A stretch of DNA of 64,000 nucleotides from NCBI GenBank assembly GCA_964572255.1, contig CAZNEE010000006.1:11775-75774 (forward strand), read 5' to 3'. The stretch is from an uncultured Planctomycetia bacterium (lineage in GTDB: Bacteria; Omnitrophota; Gorgyraeia; Tantalellales; Tantalellaceae). Positions 29,101 to 37,820 of the stretch are shown here, piece by piece. Numbering within the stretch: position 1 is the first letter of the stretch; each line of letters begins with the position of its first letter. A program made the position numbers and the translations under genes. Below the pieces are notes generated by a model that searched no databases, was not told the origin of the DNA, and saw only the letters and a program-made list of their open reading frames with translations.

Positions 29101-32100
29101 TATTCGCCGCGGTTATCGACGCTAAGCGTAACTTTTTCAAAGTTTCTTGGATCACCGTCTGCAAGTTTTACAAGGTTTTCAAGCTGCTGCCCAAGTTTTT
29201 GCTGTTTTATAGTGTTCTCTTTCAAGGTTTTAATAAGACCCTGGATGCTTCTTTTGTTCAAATTTAAAGAGATCCCGACGACTTCCACCTTGTTGTTCTT
29301 CGGGTCTATATCAAGAACAACATCAAAATGTTTGTTGCGCAGGTCTTTAAAATTTGTCTCTAAATACTCGTTTACCCTGCCGGAAAGTTCCGCATCCTTT
29401 ATGTATGAAGGATCTACGATGACCACTGCGTTGACAAGCTCGCTTTCATTGCCTCTTATCTTTACCATGATCCTTAGATCTTTTATTTTATTGATACTAT
29501 CGATACTTTTATCAAGTATTTGGCTTAAGTTTGATATGTCCTCTCTTTCCTGAAATCCCTTTTGCTTAAGAAAGGATGAAATATTTTTAACATCTATGCC
29601 CGCAAAAAGTGTGCCGGTTTCCAGGTTCATCTCAAAGTCAATCTTGTCTTTAAATCCCAAGCCTGCCCAATCCGCCCAGTTTTTTGCCTGGCCATTAAGT
29701 TTTAGTTCGCTATAATCCGCTTCACCTGTTAAGTATTTATCCCCGTCTCCGATGATCACGTACTCCAAGCTCCGGTTCTCATCCAAGATCATGTTTGCAC
29801 TTAAGGTGAACTTGGCAATCTCATTTGCGAAATATTGCATGAAAGGCCCTAGAGGCAGTTGGTTTTCCCTGTTTATCGGAAAAATATAGCCCAGCTCGTT
29901 ATTAGATCCGTACATTTGACCGTACCCGAGGTCAAATCCAAGTTCCATTACCTTTGAGATGAAATTATTGACCTCAAGCCGGGCCCCATTTGTCATTTCT
30001 TCTCTTTGGATCTGAGCTTCGGGGTCTGTTTTTTCCGGCTGTGTCGGTTTAAATAATTGCCCGACAAGTGTTTTGGAAACCGGGCCTAAGATCTGGGACC
30101 ATGCCGCAGAATTACTTGAAACTTGCGCATCTATTACTCCTATGGCTACGGCTTTTAATGCTGTTCCCGCAACAAGGCCCTCTATATTTTCAAACTGCAT
30201 CTTGCCCGTCATTCCGCCCCACGCATACCCCAAAGCTGTGGATGAAAATGTCGCCAACGATGAGGTTAGGAACATGTTCCAGTCGTTCTGCCTTCCTAAT
30301 TCATATATACCTTCGGAAACAAGCCCCTCTATCACATTTGTGGAAGCATCGAATAAGAATTTATCGAAACTGACCTGTTCGGTAAAAGTGCTTTCGACAT
30401 TCCCGAATATCTGCAGATCATCGAGCCCGAGCCCCTCAAAAATGCTCTCTAACGGAGAAGTTTCACCAAGCAAACCGCCGAATCCCTGCAGCGCATTTAC
30501 GCCTAACTGTACAAAAAGAGACAGCATATTAAACGTATCGTTAGCAATGGCAAGTGAGGTATTGAAAGCAAGTGATGCCGCCCACCCAACGAACGGTATA
30601 GCATTTAATACCGCACTGATTATTGTAGTAATCGCCCTGCCCAAGAAGCTAGACCAGAAGCTTTTCTTTACATCTATATGAAAATATTCATTTTTAACTT
30701 CTTCTGTCTTCTCGCCGTATTTATCGTTCCAGGTGGTTGTTTCGTTGTGCTGGGTATAAGTTACGGTGTTCTTGCCCTGCTTTTCCGACCATGACCTGTG
30801 GTAGTAATAGTGGTATTTTGTCTGGGAAATATTGCCGGCTTCGTCGTAATAGAAATAACTCTCGCTGTAGCTATTACCGTCGATCCTTGTATATTGTCTG
30901 GTAAGCTGGCCGAGTGTGTTGTATGTGGATGAATCGATCCGGGAGGATTCTCCGTCAACTATGGATGTATAGCTATATTCCTGGCCTGATTCGTTATAAA
31001 CTATATCTGTCTTCTCAACAGTCTGGGGATAATCTTCTTTGATGCTTCCGTCTTCAAGCTCTATGGTTACAGTGTCTTTACTGTAAATAACCTGATTAAT
31101 AGCGTTGTAGTTTGTTTCGATCCGTTCGGTGGTTTTTTGCTCCCAAACTCTTGGTTCGCCTATTCCGCGTCCAATAAGACCTTCTTCGACTGTTGTGAAA
31201 GCGATCATCCTGTCAAAATCGTCATAATAAATATCGGATGTAGTTTTTATTGTGAGAAGATCTGCGCCGTCCGGAGCATACATAGCAAGCTCATCGTACT
31301 CGGCATGCCCTACTTCCTGTGCCCAATGGGCTATATTTTTACCTGACCAGGCTCCCACACCGTCATAGTCATCTTCGTCTACGTTCGGGAACCAGGCCTG
31401 AAGATCGGTATCGATCTGCCATATATCTTTAAGCGCCTGAACAACTTCATCTTCCGCAGCCTGGGTTGTTATTTCATCCGTCCACCCTATAAGACGAGCC
31501 CATTCATCGTAGAGCATGTCGTCTCTAACTGTGGTTGTCGTCCTGTCTAGAATATTACCCTCATTATCTTCCCCAAACTCATGAGAGATCTCGGTAAAAC
31601 CGGATACTTTACCGTTCTGGTAAGTCATCTCCGAAACTTGGCGTTCAACGGTCAAGTCCGGGGCCGCGGTAGTCAGGAATGTTTCGCTATAGCCGACAAC
31701 TTTGCCGCTATCATACACTGCATCAGTCCGTGTTGTTGTTTCGGTAAGGTTTAATGTGCCTTCGGGATTTGTTTTATTAACAACCTGAGTAAAGGTATCC
31801 GCCCTGTCTACCGTATATGTCCCTTCCCAATCGGTGATCGTTATGAACTGCCCTGCATCAACAACACTCCCCTGACTAGTTATACTCCAATTATGATCAG
31901 TTACTGTTTCAGTGTATTTAGTTACATTGTTCTTAGAATCGTATTCTTCGGCATCAAAATTTGTAACTGTATGTCCCAGTTGAACAGGATTGAAATAATC
32001 ACTGCCTGGAGTTATCGCTGTTATTTCAAAAACGCGGAGCCAACCGGTTGTATTCCCCCACCCCTGACTGGCGCTTGTACTTCCCCATAAATGCGCCCGT

Positions 32101-35100
32101 ATAGCTGTTACATCCTGGAGATCGACCTCCATCAAAGAAACATCAGTTGTACCTCCGGCTGCACCGCCGCTGTATTCCCCAAAACTGCTTGATCTGCCGT
32201 CTCTTGTCCCGGGTATAACATGCCAGGCATCATCATAATATGCCTGAAGCTCCACATATGCCGAACAGGAGCCTCCATACCTTGTATGTTCTATCGTGGT
32301 AAAAGCATTTGCGTAAAAAGTGATATAGTCAATATCGTAGGCCTGATCAAATTCATGTGTCGAATATAATGTTTTTGAAACATTTACACCACTACAGCTG
32401 GTGCCATAATAAGTACTTCTATCACCGTCATGAACTTTTTCTCCGTCGGCGCCATCCGGTATATGCGTCGTATCCGGCCAGCTAAGAACGTTAGCTATTG
32501 AGGCATACTTAAAAGTAGATTTTTCTTTATCGGTCTGATCAATATTCCCATTATCATCATATGTGGAAGACCATATCTCATCGGTAATAAGAACATCATT
32601 ATTCCCGTAAATTATCTGATCAGCTACGGCAAGCGAGGAAAAATCTCCATTTTCGAAAAGATCAAAATGAGAGAAAAGTTCTTCGTTAGTATAATCTTCA
32701 AATGCGAAAGAAACGGATGCGCAGTTTATCGCCCGGGAATCGGCGAGTTTTTCATCATCGTTGTATTCGCCCGTCCATCTTTCAACATAACTTCTGGAAT
32801 CCTCATTTTTATAACGTGTAAGAACTTCAACTAAATGCTCTTCTTCATCAAACTTCTCTATCCTATCGACTTCAAGAAGCGAACCGTATACATAAAATTC
32901 CCTACGGACTGTTACACTTTCAACCTTGCCGTTATCCCCTTTTACATAAAGGTAAGTTTCCCGTTTTATTATATCTCCTTCTGCATCGGTTATTGCTATA
33001 TCGAGCTTTCTTCTGTCCTCATCATATACGCATGTCGCGCTTGTATCGTCCAGAACACTTTCCATTGTAACAGTGAGCTCTTCATCTTCATTAATCTCGT
33101 AATCGACTGTTGCTATAAGCGTATCTCCATCTCTTAACTCCACTAACTTATTGCCTGAGTAATTGTAGAGGTTGCCTTTGGCATCTGTGATCTTAGATAC
33201 TTCGCCTTCTTCTGTGTATTCAACCTGAGTTTGTCCGTCGGGGATGATCTCCTGATGAGCGGCGATCTTCACAAGTTCCATTAAAATATCTGCCACCGGG
33301 CTGGATGCCGCTTGAGATCCGCTTCTTGGACCGGCGCCTTCAGCTTCCTGGTCACTGATAAGCTCATTTCCCCTGTAAGGAGCCATGGCAGGCGTCCATT
33401 CAAAATAAATGGTCCTGCCGTCCTTATCTGTTATCGAGATGTAATCTCCGTTCGTAAGAACAGTTGTCTGGAGTTCCTTTCTGGAGCTGTATTTATAGTC
33501 GCGGACCGAATGATCGTCCCCGAAATAGATAATTTCGCCTTCTGTCCTTACCTTCTCCTGTATAACCAGATCTTTATCATAAATGATATCAAATATGTAA
33601 GAAGTGCGTTTTCTGCCGTCATTGTAGCCGGTTTGGGTATAAGCGACCATTCTGCCATAATCATCATAGACTATATCGCTTTTTCTTGAATAATCGCCTG
33701 TTCGCGTATATTCCTCATCCATCTCCCAGGCGGTTATTATGCCTGCTTTGCCGTCAGTATTATAATCTTCAAATATGTATTCACGATATTGTGTGTCTTC
33801 GCCCGGATTTATATATGTTTCTATATAGGAAAGGACGTTATCCTTATCATCGTATTGGAATTCATCCTGGATCGTCACCTCGCCGGTCGGGTTGTAAACA
33901 CCGTTCCCCTCATCCCATTCCAGAACGCTTCGCTCGACTTTTCCGTATCTGTCTTTTTCATCGAATTTAGAGAATTTGACATCAAGAGTCTTCGTGAGGA
34001 TATCGGAATTTTCGCTCTCCCATACCCACTCATCACCAGGGGTATATATTTCCTCTATATAGCCTGTATTTCTGCCCTCTTCATCATAAGTGAAATTCTC
34101 TCTTATATAGTAATCCCACTGGCGTATATCATCGAGCTGGTAACTGCAGGTCGTGCCTTCCATGTAATCTATGGTTTCTTCGCCTTTTGCGCCTGTGTAC
34201 CTGCACATGAAGTTCGGGTTAAGGCCATCGGTATCCTTAGAAGCTTCTTCCCCTCCGAAATAAGTATATGCTTTTTGAAGAGCGCCATTCGATGCGTACT
34301 CATATATTGTTGTGGAACTTACCTCCCTTACAGAATCATCCCCGGGTTTAAACTCATATTTCTGTGAAAAACTAACGTATTCTCTTCCTTTCGTCCCTTC
34401 ATAATAAGCGGCTGATTCGATATTAAGACCTTCGGGATTGCCGCTCGTGTCACCGCCTTCATAGGTTTTTGTGCAATACAGTACATCTTCCTTAAAGGCA
34501 TCTTGCGCTCTTACTATTTCATAAACGGCTTCATCATCAACAATTCCTGAGAAACTGTTGTAAAAATAGTAAACACTGTTTTTTACTTCACCCGCATCAG
34601 TGTAATTCAACGCAAAGTCTGTGATCTCATATCCCTGAAATCCTGCATAGTAAGTTTCAGACCGGGTAATAGTATCATCCGGATCTTTTGTCACGCTTCT
34701 TTCAAGAGCCCCGTTAGCTGCATATTCATAATGCGTATATGACTCTATGCTTCCGCCGGATCTGTAATTGGTGGTTAAACTGCTCTTTTCGCTGCCGCTT
34801 AATCCGTCATATGTGGTTTCGTAAATAAGCGTACCATCTACATCCTTTGTAATGCTTTTTGTAAGCGCCCCTTTGGAGTCATACTCATAAGTAGTGCTAC
34901 TGAGGATGCTGCCGTCAAGCGCATATGTTACGGTGCTTAAGGTTTTCTCTCTATTTTTTCTGCCTTCATAAACGGATTCTGAAAGTTTGTTCCCGTCTGT
35001 ATCATTTGTTTCTGTCTTATTCAGCGCACCGGTCATATCATCGTATATATAAAGGATGGTCTCAAGAACATTGCCGGCTTTATCAAAGTTATTGGCAAGC

Positions 35101-37820
35101 GCTATCTTTTCTTCATCTTTAAAACCTTCATATATTGTCACTGAAAGTTTAATGCCGTCGTAACTGTATGAAATTGCCTCTGCCAAGGCACCGCTTTCAT
35201 TGCAATTATAATCTGTTGTTGAGAGGATATTCCCTGCCTTGTCGTACCTGATCACATGAAGTGCCCTTTCCTGTCCTTTCAGTCCTTCATAATCAGTTTC
35301 GGATACCGTTTTATCCTCACTATCTTCAGTAACAACCCTATCTAGCGCACCGTTCTCATCATACTCATAATTAGTTTTATTAAGAATGTTCCCCTCGAGA
35401 TCAAAGCTTGTTGAAAGAACTGATCTCTCCTGTCCCTCAAGTCCCTCATAAACCATAGTGGATAGTACTATCCCGTTCCCATCGGTTGTTAATGTCATGC
35501 CTAATGAACCGTCATCTCCGTCATAACTATAAGTTGTCTCTGTTAAGGTATCCCCTGCATCATCGAATGTCCTGGCAAGATATCCTTTTTCATAATTTTC
35601 TATCCCCGTATAAAGTGTTTCGTACACTTTGAAGCCGTCGTGATTTATGCTTTCCGTACCGGTCAGGGCACCATTTGAAGCATACGCATAATCGGTGGTT
35701 TTTATGATCGTACCTGTAAGATCGTAATCATACGCAATGAAAGGCTTTTCATAATTTTCTATACCCGTATAAAGCGTTTCGGATACCTTTATATTATCCG
35801 CGTTATATGTAACGGTGCTTTCTAAAGCATCTGACAACTTGTATGCATATTGAACTGTCGTTAAAGTATTCCCCGACGCATCAAAATTATTTGTAGTACG
35901 TCTTTTTTCGTGATTTTTCGGTCCTCTATAAGTTGTTTCGGAGACCTTTTCGCCAGATCCGTTTAAAGTTTCAGTCCCTGAAAGTGTTCCGTTGGAGTTA
36001 TAATCATAATTCGTTGCACTCAGAATATTTTCGGCAATATCATACCTTGTAGAATCAACAATTTTCTCCTGGCCTTTTTCCCCGTCATAAGTAGTGAGTG
36101 ATACCCTATTCCCCTGTGAGGTATCATATCCGATATCGCTATCAAGCAATCTGAACGCTTCAACACTTCTTAATGCTTCATCTTCATAGTTATAATCGTT
36201 CCTTACAACAATATTTCCGCTTAAGGTGTCAAATTCGAATATATTTAGAATTTTCTCTTTGCCTTCATCCCCGTCATAATATGTCTCTGACCTTACTTCT
36301 GCCGCTGAAATATCATGGGGATCGTTCGTTCCCACATACCGTGTAACCTTATCAAGCGTATATTTATCACCATCACCACCGATTAGAGGAACATCTGCAT
36401 TCGGCTCGAGTTCATATTCGTAAATATTCACGCTGTTAAGGGTGGTCTCGTCCTCATTGTAGATATATGATCTAATAACATACTGATGACCTTTTAGCCC
36501 CGTAAATTCAGTGCAGCCTTTTAATATACGGGAACCCTTTTTTATACCGTAAGTTCCTATTTTGTCCAATCTGCCGTTCGAGTCATAAACATATTCCGCC
36601 TTCTCAGACGGCTTGTACGCTCCGTCATCATCAAGATAATATACTGAATGCACATAATCTATAAGCTCTTTCCCTTTATTTCCTTTATAATACGTTGTGC
36701 TCAATAAATGTTCGTCACAGGAAACGTCGCCAGCTCGGAAATCATCAAGCTGCGCCGTATAGTCAAGGCCTCTTATATTGTACGACCTTACGTCTTCAAT
36801 CGCGCCCTCGCCGCCGGCGTAGTCGTAACAGTCGAGTTTTCCGGGTTCGTCACTGCTGTCGTACTCGCTTAAGGAATAAACCAGTATCTCTTCACCTTCC
36901 GCTCCCTCATATATATTCTTCCTGATAAGATCGGCATTATTCTCGACTTCTTCCTTCCATAACGGATTTATAGCAGCAAATTCTTTATCGCTGAAATCGA
37001 TCCCAAGCGAAGTTATATCATATGTGTTAACTTCCCTGAGAGCGGTACCGTTCGGATATTCATATACAGATACTTCTCTGGGCTTTCCATCCCGGTAGTC
37101 TGAAAGAATATAATCTATCTTTTCTTCTCCCTGGATACCGTAATAAACGATCGTTTTTATGATAAGTTCATCAATAAGATCCCTGTAATCACCCTCTTGG
37201 AAAGCCGCCAGGACTTTCTCTTCCCCTTCTTCGGAGATCTCCTCGAGTTCATCATTTATCCACTTATTTATCTCCAAGTCGCGAATATCATAAGAAACTA
37301 TCTTATCAAGGGTTTTCCCGTCTTCTTTATACGAATAAACAGAGATCTGCTGAGGATCACCGTTTTCACTGAAATCCGTCAGCGTGTATTCGACCCTTTT
37401 CTCCCCGGAAGAAGCGCCGGATGAGCCGGTCCTTTTCTTGAGAAGAACTTTATCGGCCTGATCGTCTTCGTTTCTCCTGCCGTTCCTGTCGATAAGAAGC
37501 ATGGCTTCTTCCTCGATCATGTTCTTCATTCTTATCAGATCTTCATGCTTTTTCTGAAGAATACGTAAAAGCGCAGGCGACATACGATTCTGTCTATCCG
37601 CCTCCTGCCTATCGGTCAAAAGGCCTTTATAAACAGAATAGTGATATTTGTAATACATCCTGTCTGATGAAAAGGCTATCTGGTTGAATGTGAACGTGAA
37701 AATAATCAGACAGGAAAGGAACTTGAACAATTTCCTGCGCCTTCTTATTGAAGTTATCGCGAGGAAATCCTCGCTCCTTTCTTCACTGGTATTTTTTTCG
37801 TATATTTTTTCGTTATTCAT
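25590..37820 (-). CDS. Giant YD-repeat (Rhs-like) protein (4076 aa). It has a discoidin-like beta region, a hydrophobic segment, a long basic/helical region and a C-terminal permuted papain-fold (YiiX/DUF830- or NlpC-like, His-then-Cys) peptidase/amidase domain.
   Basis: An uninterrupted 12,231 nt ORF with dozens of YD repeats (e.g. YEYASNGAL, TYEYDSKGALTKSITKD, YxYDxxGxL). The C-terminus shows GDILMVAGADP...SKVNHAAILDVD...YAVIKV...KICSELVHDAFKESGHPL. The N-terminus carries RRRRK followed by a hydrophobic stretch. Confidence 0.85.
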   Translation of the reverse strand: MNNEKIYEKNTSEERSEDFLAITSIRRRRKLFKFLSCLIIFTFTFNQIAFSSDRMYYKYHYSVYKGLLTDRQEADRQNRMSPALLRILQKKHEDLIRMKNMIEEEAMLLIDRNGRRNEDDQADKVLLKKRTGSSGASSGEKRVEYTLTDFSENGDPQQISVYSYKEDGKTLDKIVSYDIRDLEINKWINDELEEISEEGEEKVLAAFQEGDYRDLIDELIIKTIVYYGIQGEEKIDYILSDYRDGKPREVSVYEYPNGTALREVNTYDITSLGIDFSDKEFAAINPLWKEEVENNADLIRKNIYEGAEGEEILVYSLSEYDSSDEPGKLDCYDYAGGEGAIEDVRSYNIRGLDYTAQLDDFRAGDVSCDEHLLSTTYYKGNKGKELIDYVHSVYYLDDDGAYKPSEKAEYVYDSNGRLDKIGTYGIKKGSRILKGCTEFTGLKGHQYVIRSYIYNEDETTLNSVNIYEYELEPNADVPLIGGDGDKYTLDKVTRYVGTNDPHDISAAEVRSETYYDGDEGKEKILNIFEFDTLSGNIVVRNDYNYEDEALRSVEAFRLLDSDIGYDTSQGNRVSLTTYDGEKGQEKIVDSTRYDIAENILSATNYDYNSNGTLSGTETLNGSGEKVSETTYRGPKNHEKRRTTNNFDASGNTLTTVQYAYKLSDALESTVTYNADNIKVSETLYTGIENYEKPFIAYDYDLTGTIIKTTDYAYASNGALTGTESINHDGFKVYETLYTGIENYEKGYLARTFDDAGDTLTETTYSYDGDDGSLGMTLTTDGNGIVLSTMVYEGLEGQERSVLSTSFDLEGNILNKTNYEYDENGALDRVVTEDSEDKTVSETDYEGLKGQERALHVIRYDKAGNILSTTDYNCNESGALAEAISYSYDGIKLSVTIYEGFKDEEKIALANNFDKAGNVLETILYIYDDMTGALNKTETNDTDGNKLSESVYEGRKNREKTLSTVTYALDGSILSSTTYEYDSKGALTKSITKDVDGTLIYETTYDGLSGSEKSSLTTNYRSGGSIESYTHYEYAANGALERSVTKDPDDTITRSETYYAGFQGYEITDFALNYTDAGEVKNSVYYFYNSFSGIVDDEAVYEIVRAQDAFKEDVLYCTKTYEGGDTSGNPEGLNIESAAYYEGTKGREYVSFSQKYEFKPGDDSVREVSSTTIYEYASNGALQKAYTYFGGEEASKDTDGLNPNFMCRYTGAKGEETIDYMEGTTCSYQLDDIRQWDYYIRENFTYDEEGRNTGYIEEIYTPGDEWVWESENSDILTKTLDVKFSKFDEKDRYGKVERSVLEWDEGNGVYNPTGEVTIQDEFQYDDKDNVLSYIETYINPGEDTQYREYIFEDYNTDGKAGIITAWEMDEEYTRTGDYSRKSDIVYDDYGRMVAYTQTGYNDGRKRTSYIFDIIYDKDLVIQEKVRTEGEIIYFGDDHSVRDYKYSSRKELQTTVLTNGDYISITDKDGRTIYFEWTPAMAPYRGNELISDQEAEGAGPRSGSQAASSPVADILMELVKIAAHQEIIPDGQTQVEYTEEGEVSKITDAKGNLYNYSGNKLVELRDGDTLIATVDYEINEDEELTVTMESVLDDTSATCVYDEDRRKLDIAITDAEGDIIKRETYLYVKGDNGKVESVTVRREFYVYGSLLEVDRIEKFDEEEHLVEVLTRYKNEDSRSYVERWTGEYNDDEKLADSRAINCASVSFAFEDYTNEELFSHFDLFENGDFSSLAVADQIIYGNNDVLITDEIWSSTYDDNGNIDQTDKEKSTFKYASIANVLSWPDTTHIPDGADGEKVHDGDRSTYYGTSCSGVNVSKTLYSTHEFDQAYDIDYITFYANAFTTIEHTRYGGSCSAYVELQAYYDDAWHVIPGTRDGRSSSFGEYSGGAAGGTTDVSLMEVDLQDVTAIRAHLWGSTSASQGWGNTTGWLRVFEITAITPGSDYFNPVQLGHTVTNFDAEEYDSKNNVTKYTETVTDHNWSITSQGSVVDAGQFITITDWEGTYTVDRADTFTQVVNKTNPEGTLNLTETTTRTDAVYDSGKVVGYSETFLTTAAPDLTVERQVSEMTYQNGKVSGFTEISHEFGEDNEGNILDRTTTTVRDDMLYDEWARLIGWTDEITTQAAEDEVVQALKDIWQIDTDLQAWFPNVDEDDYDGVGAWSGKNIAHWAQEVGHAEYDELAMYAPDGADLLTIKTTSDIYYDDFDRMIAFTTVEEGLIGRGIGEPRVWEQKTTERIETNYNAINQVIYSKDTVTIELEDGSIKEDYPQTVEKTDIVYNESGQEYSYTSIVDGESSRIDSSTYNTLGQLTRQYTRIDGNSYSESYFYYDEAGNISQTKYHYYYHRSWSEKQGKNTVTYTQHNETTTWNDKYGEKTEEVKNEYFHIDVKKSFWSSFLGRAITTIISAVLNAIPFVGWAASLAFNTSLAIANDTFNMLSLFVQLGVNALQGFGGLLGETSPLESIFEGLGLDDLQIFGNVESTFTEQVSFDKFLFDASTNVIEGLVSEGIYELGRQNDWNMFLTSSLATFSSTALGYAWGGMTGKMQFENIEGLVAGTALKAVAIGVIDAQVSSNSAAWSQILGPVSKTLVGQLFKPTQPEKTDPEAQIQREEMTNGARLEVNNFISKVMELGFDLGYGQMYGSNNELGYIFPINRENQLPLGPFMQYFANEIAKFTLSANMILDENRSLEYVIIGDGDKYLTGEADYSELKLNGQAKNWADWAGLGFKDKIDFEMNLETGTLFAGIDVKNISSFLKQKGFQEREDISNLSQILDKSIDSINKIKDLRIMVKIRGNESELVNAVVIVDPSYIKDAELSGRVNEYLETNFKDLRNKHFDVVLDIDPKNNKVEVVGISLNLNKRSIQGLIKTLKENTIKQQKLGQQLENLVKLADGDPRNFEKVTLSVDNRGEYTINVKIRSEVLAALPHLMAKLRIGEDSKIHSRLSGRKFTNFTVDVSSGTYKLDLSLKCRRFENVIRSIGNIDKVVDPKGRLVSEGIYDNEGSLIKKIEYTYPKEKRFLFWTVEGEGGVTRKETFYARLANGDTKALHRTGEGKMVLNYFIADPDSVKFGDLSEFVGATFYYPIGKNIVQFSVLPIDGDIRIKGELPAAEMGLKFGLNTSTSIGDNESISYEAFSIGIRLEGESFIVDDNKFFNINGVDKFGAMLFTGGEEGSTRQLFLFNGSEIGVAGDHIIVSSGSALFLPVVNLSDGMANEAVTKDMEKGNILNKTMRAVDDLIWTPAIGDSYAPDFVQVNRNTCMLTEAGSLIPVEGIFEIYNSRAFSDRDTLVDIGEGEAINVSSKDLLTPEKIEQENFIRDTISEKLDPIYDAIIKGYELSSRSIFLSGLTKQLSNATGGIVDDISTFDGLMQTVLRISMTEGCMIAGVESAAAVAVLPVLLAKAVHTALSADERSLFKEVLGGTWRALVSECKDIWAAFRDSKNARNAVYGIRILGRKIGEYIAAAYVGTGAIKFAKLGWRKAKPFLSKIGGKLYGSFGRKITAKIRNMALKADQAFFSGGLSKSVNRIIQAYNRAGGYISGKLRLFNERVEQFIKERIVSKIKGIFQRGEGFEGAIFKAWGAVKIGVKGLSFVAEKAPEIAGKVTDTYLNREANFFISGLAKAEGYITRTAKRINTAWEMSRYRARFGQGRLVDRIKMIMEYEMKHPEVGRQLIDEFVNYYWLKTGGYYGFGPGVTKAMIAKMSLTYSTGAMLASVVDTAALNSAASGAVYDFIRPDFNDPTSIGANFWSGIYDDVKYAYDFWEDKVTAAKNWAVDTYNNITNNEDFREDTDLLGFNVNERKNTIHDQTSTKLDSIHKAFKEKHESDYQQYLKIAEQSSKTIKSLFNGKTLEDLYLEAKHSTHFKDKLERVSSWGQILGFKTEEELKWEKAQAIDLIIKKGQTGDILMVAGADPVGFGIRLFSVSKVNHAAILDVDEENNKWAIDINPGGIKRRTFEDWAGKDLEGYAVIKVGRVTSDKNAGRAAVNWIKVTYGYNPDTNRFKKSALYNYAGLFGINNNDNDTKICSELVHDAFKESGHPLSGVTTDNWRVSPGNIKGTMLEWGIDVQDIPADLIFIGAYEE

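Noticed and set aside
37720-37820. Lipobox-like FLSC at the N-terminus of the YD giant, as a rationale for lnt coupling.
   Set aside because: The Cys sits after only ~6 hydrophobic residues, at the start rather than the end of the hydrophobic core. The pattern is more consistent with a signal anchor or SPI site (AFS-S) than with a lipoprotein signal.
25590-37820. Calling the YD protein a canonical Rhs toxin.
   Set aside because: YD repeats are clear, but I could not find the Rhs-core PxxxxDPxGL motif. The post-repeat region is ~1700 aa, so I describe it as Rhs-like rather than Rhs.
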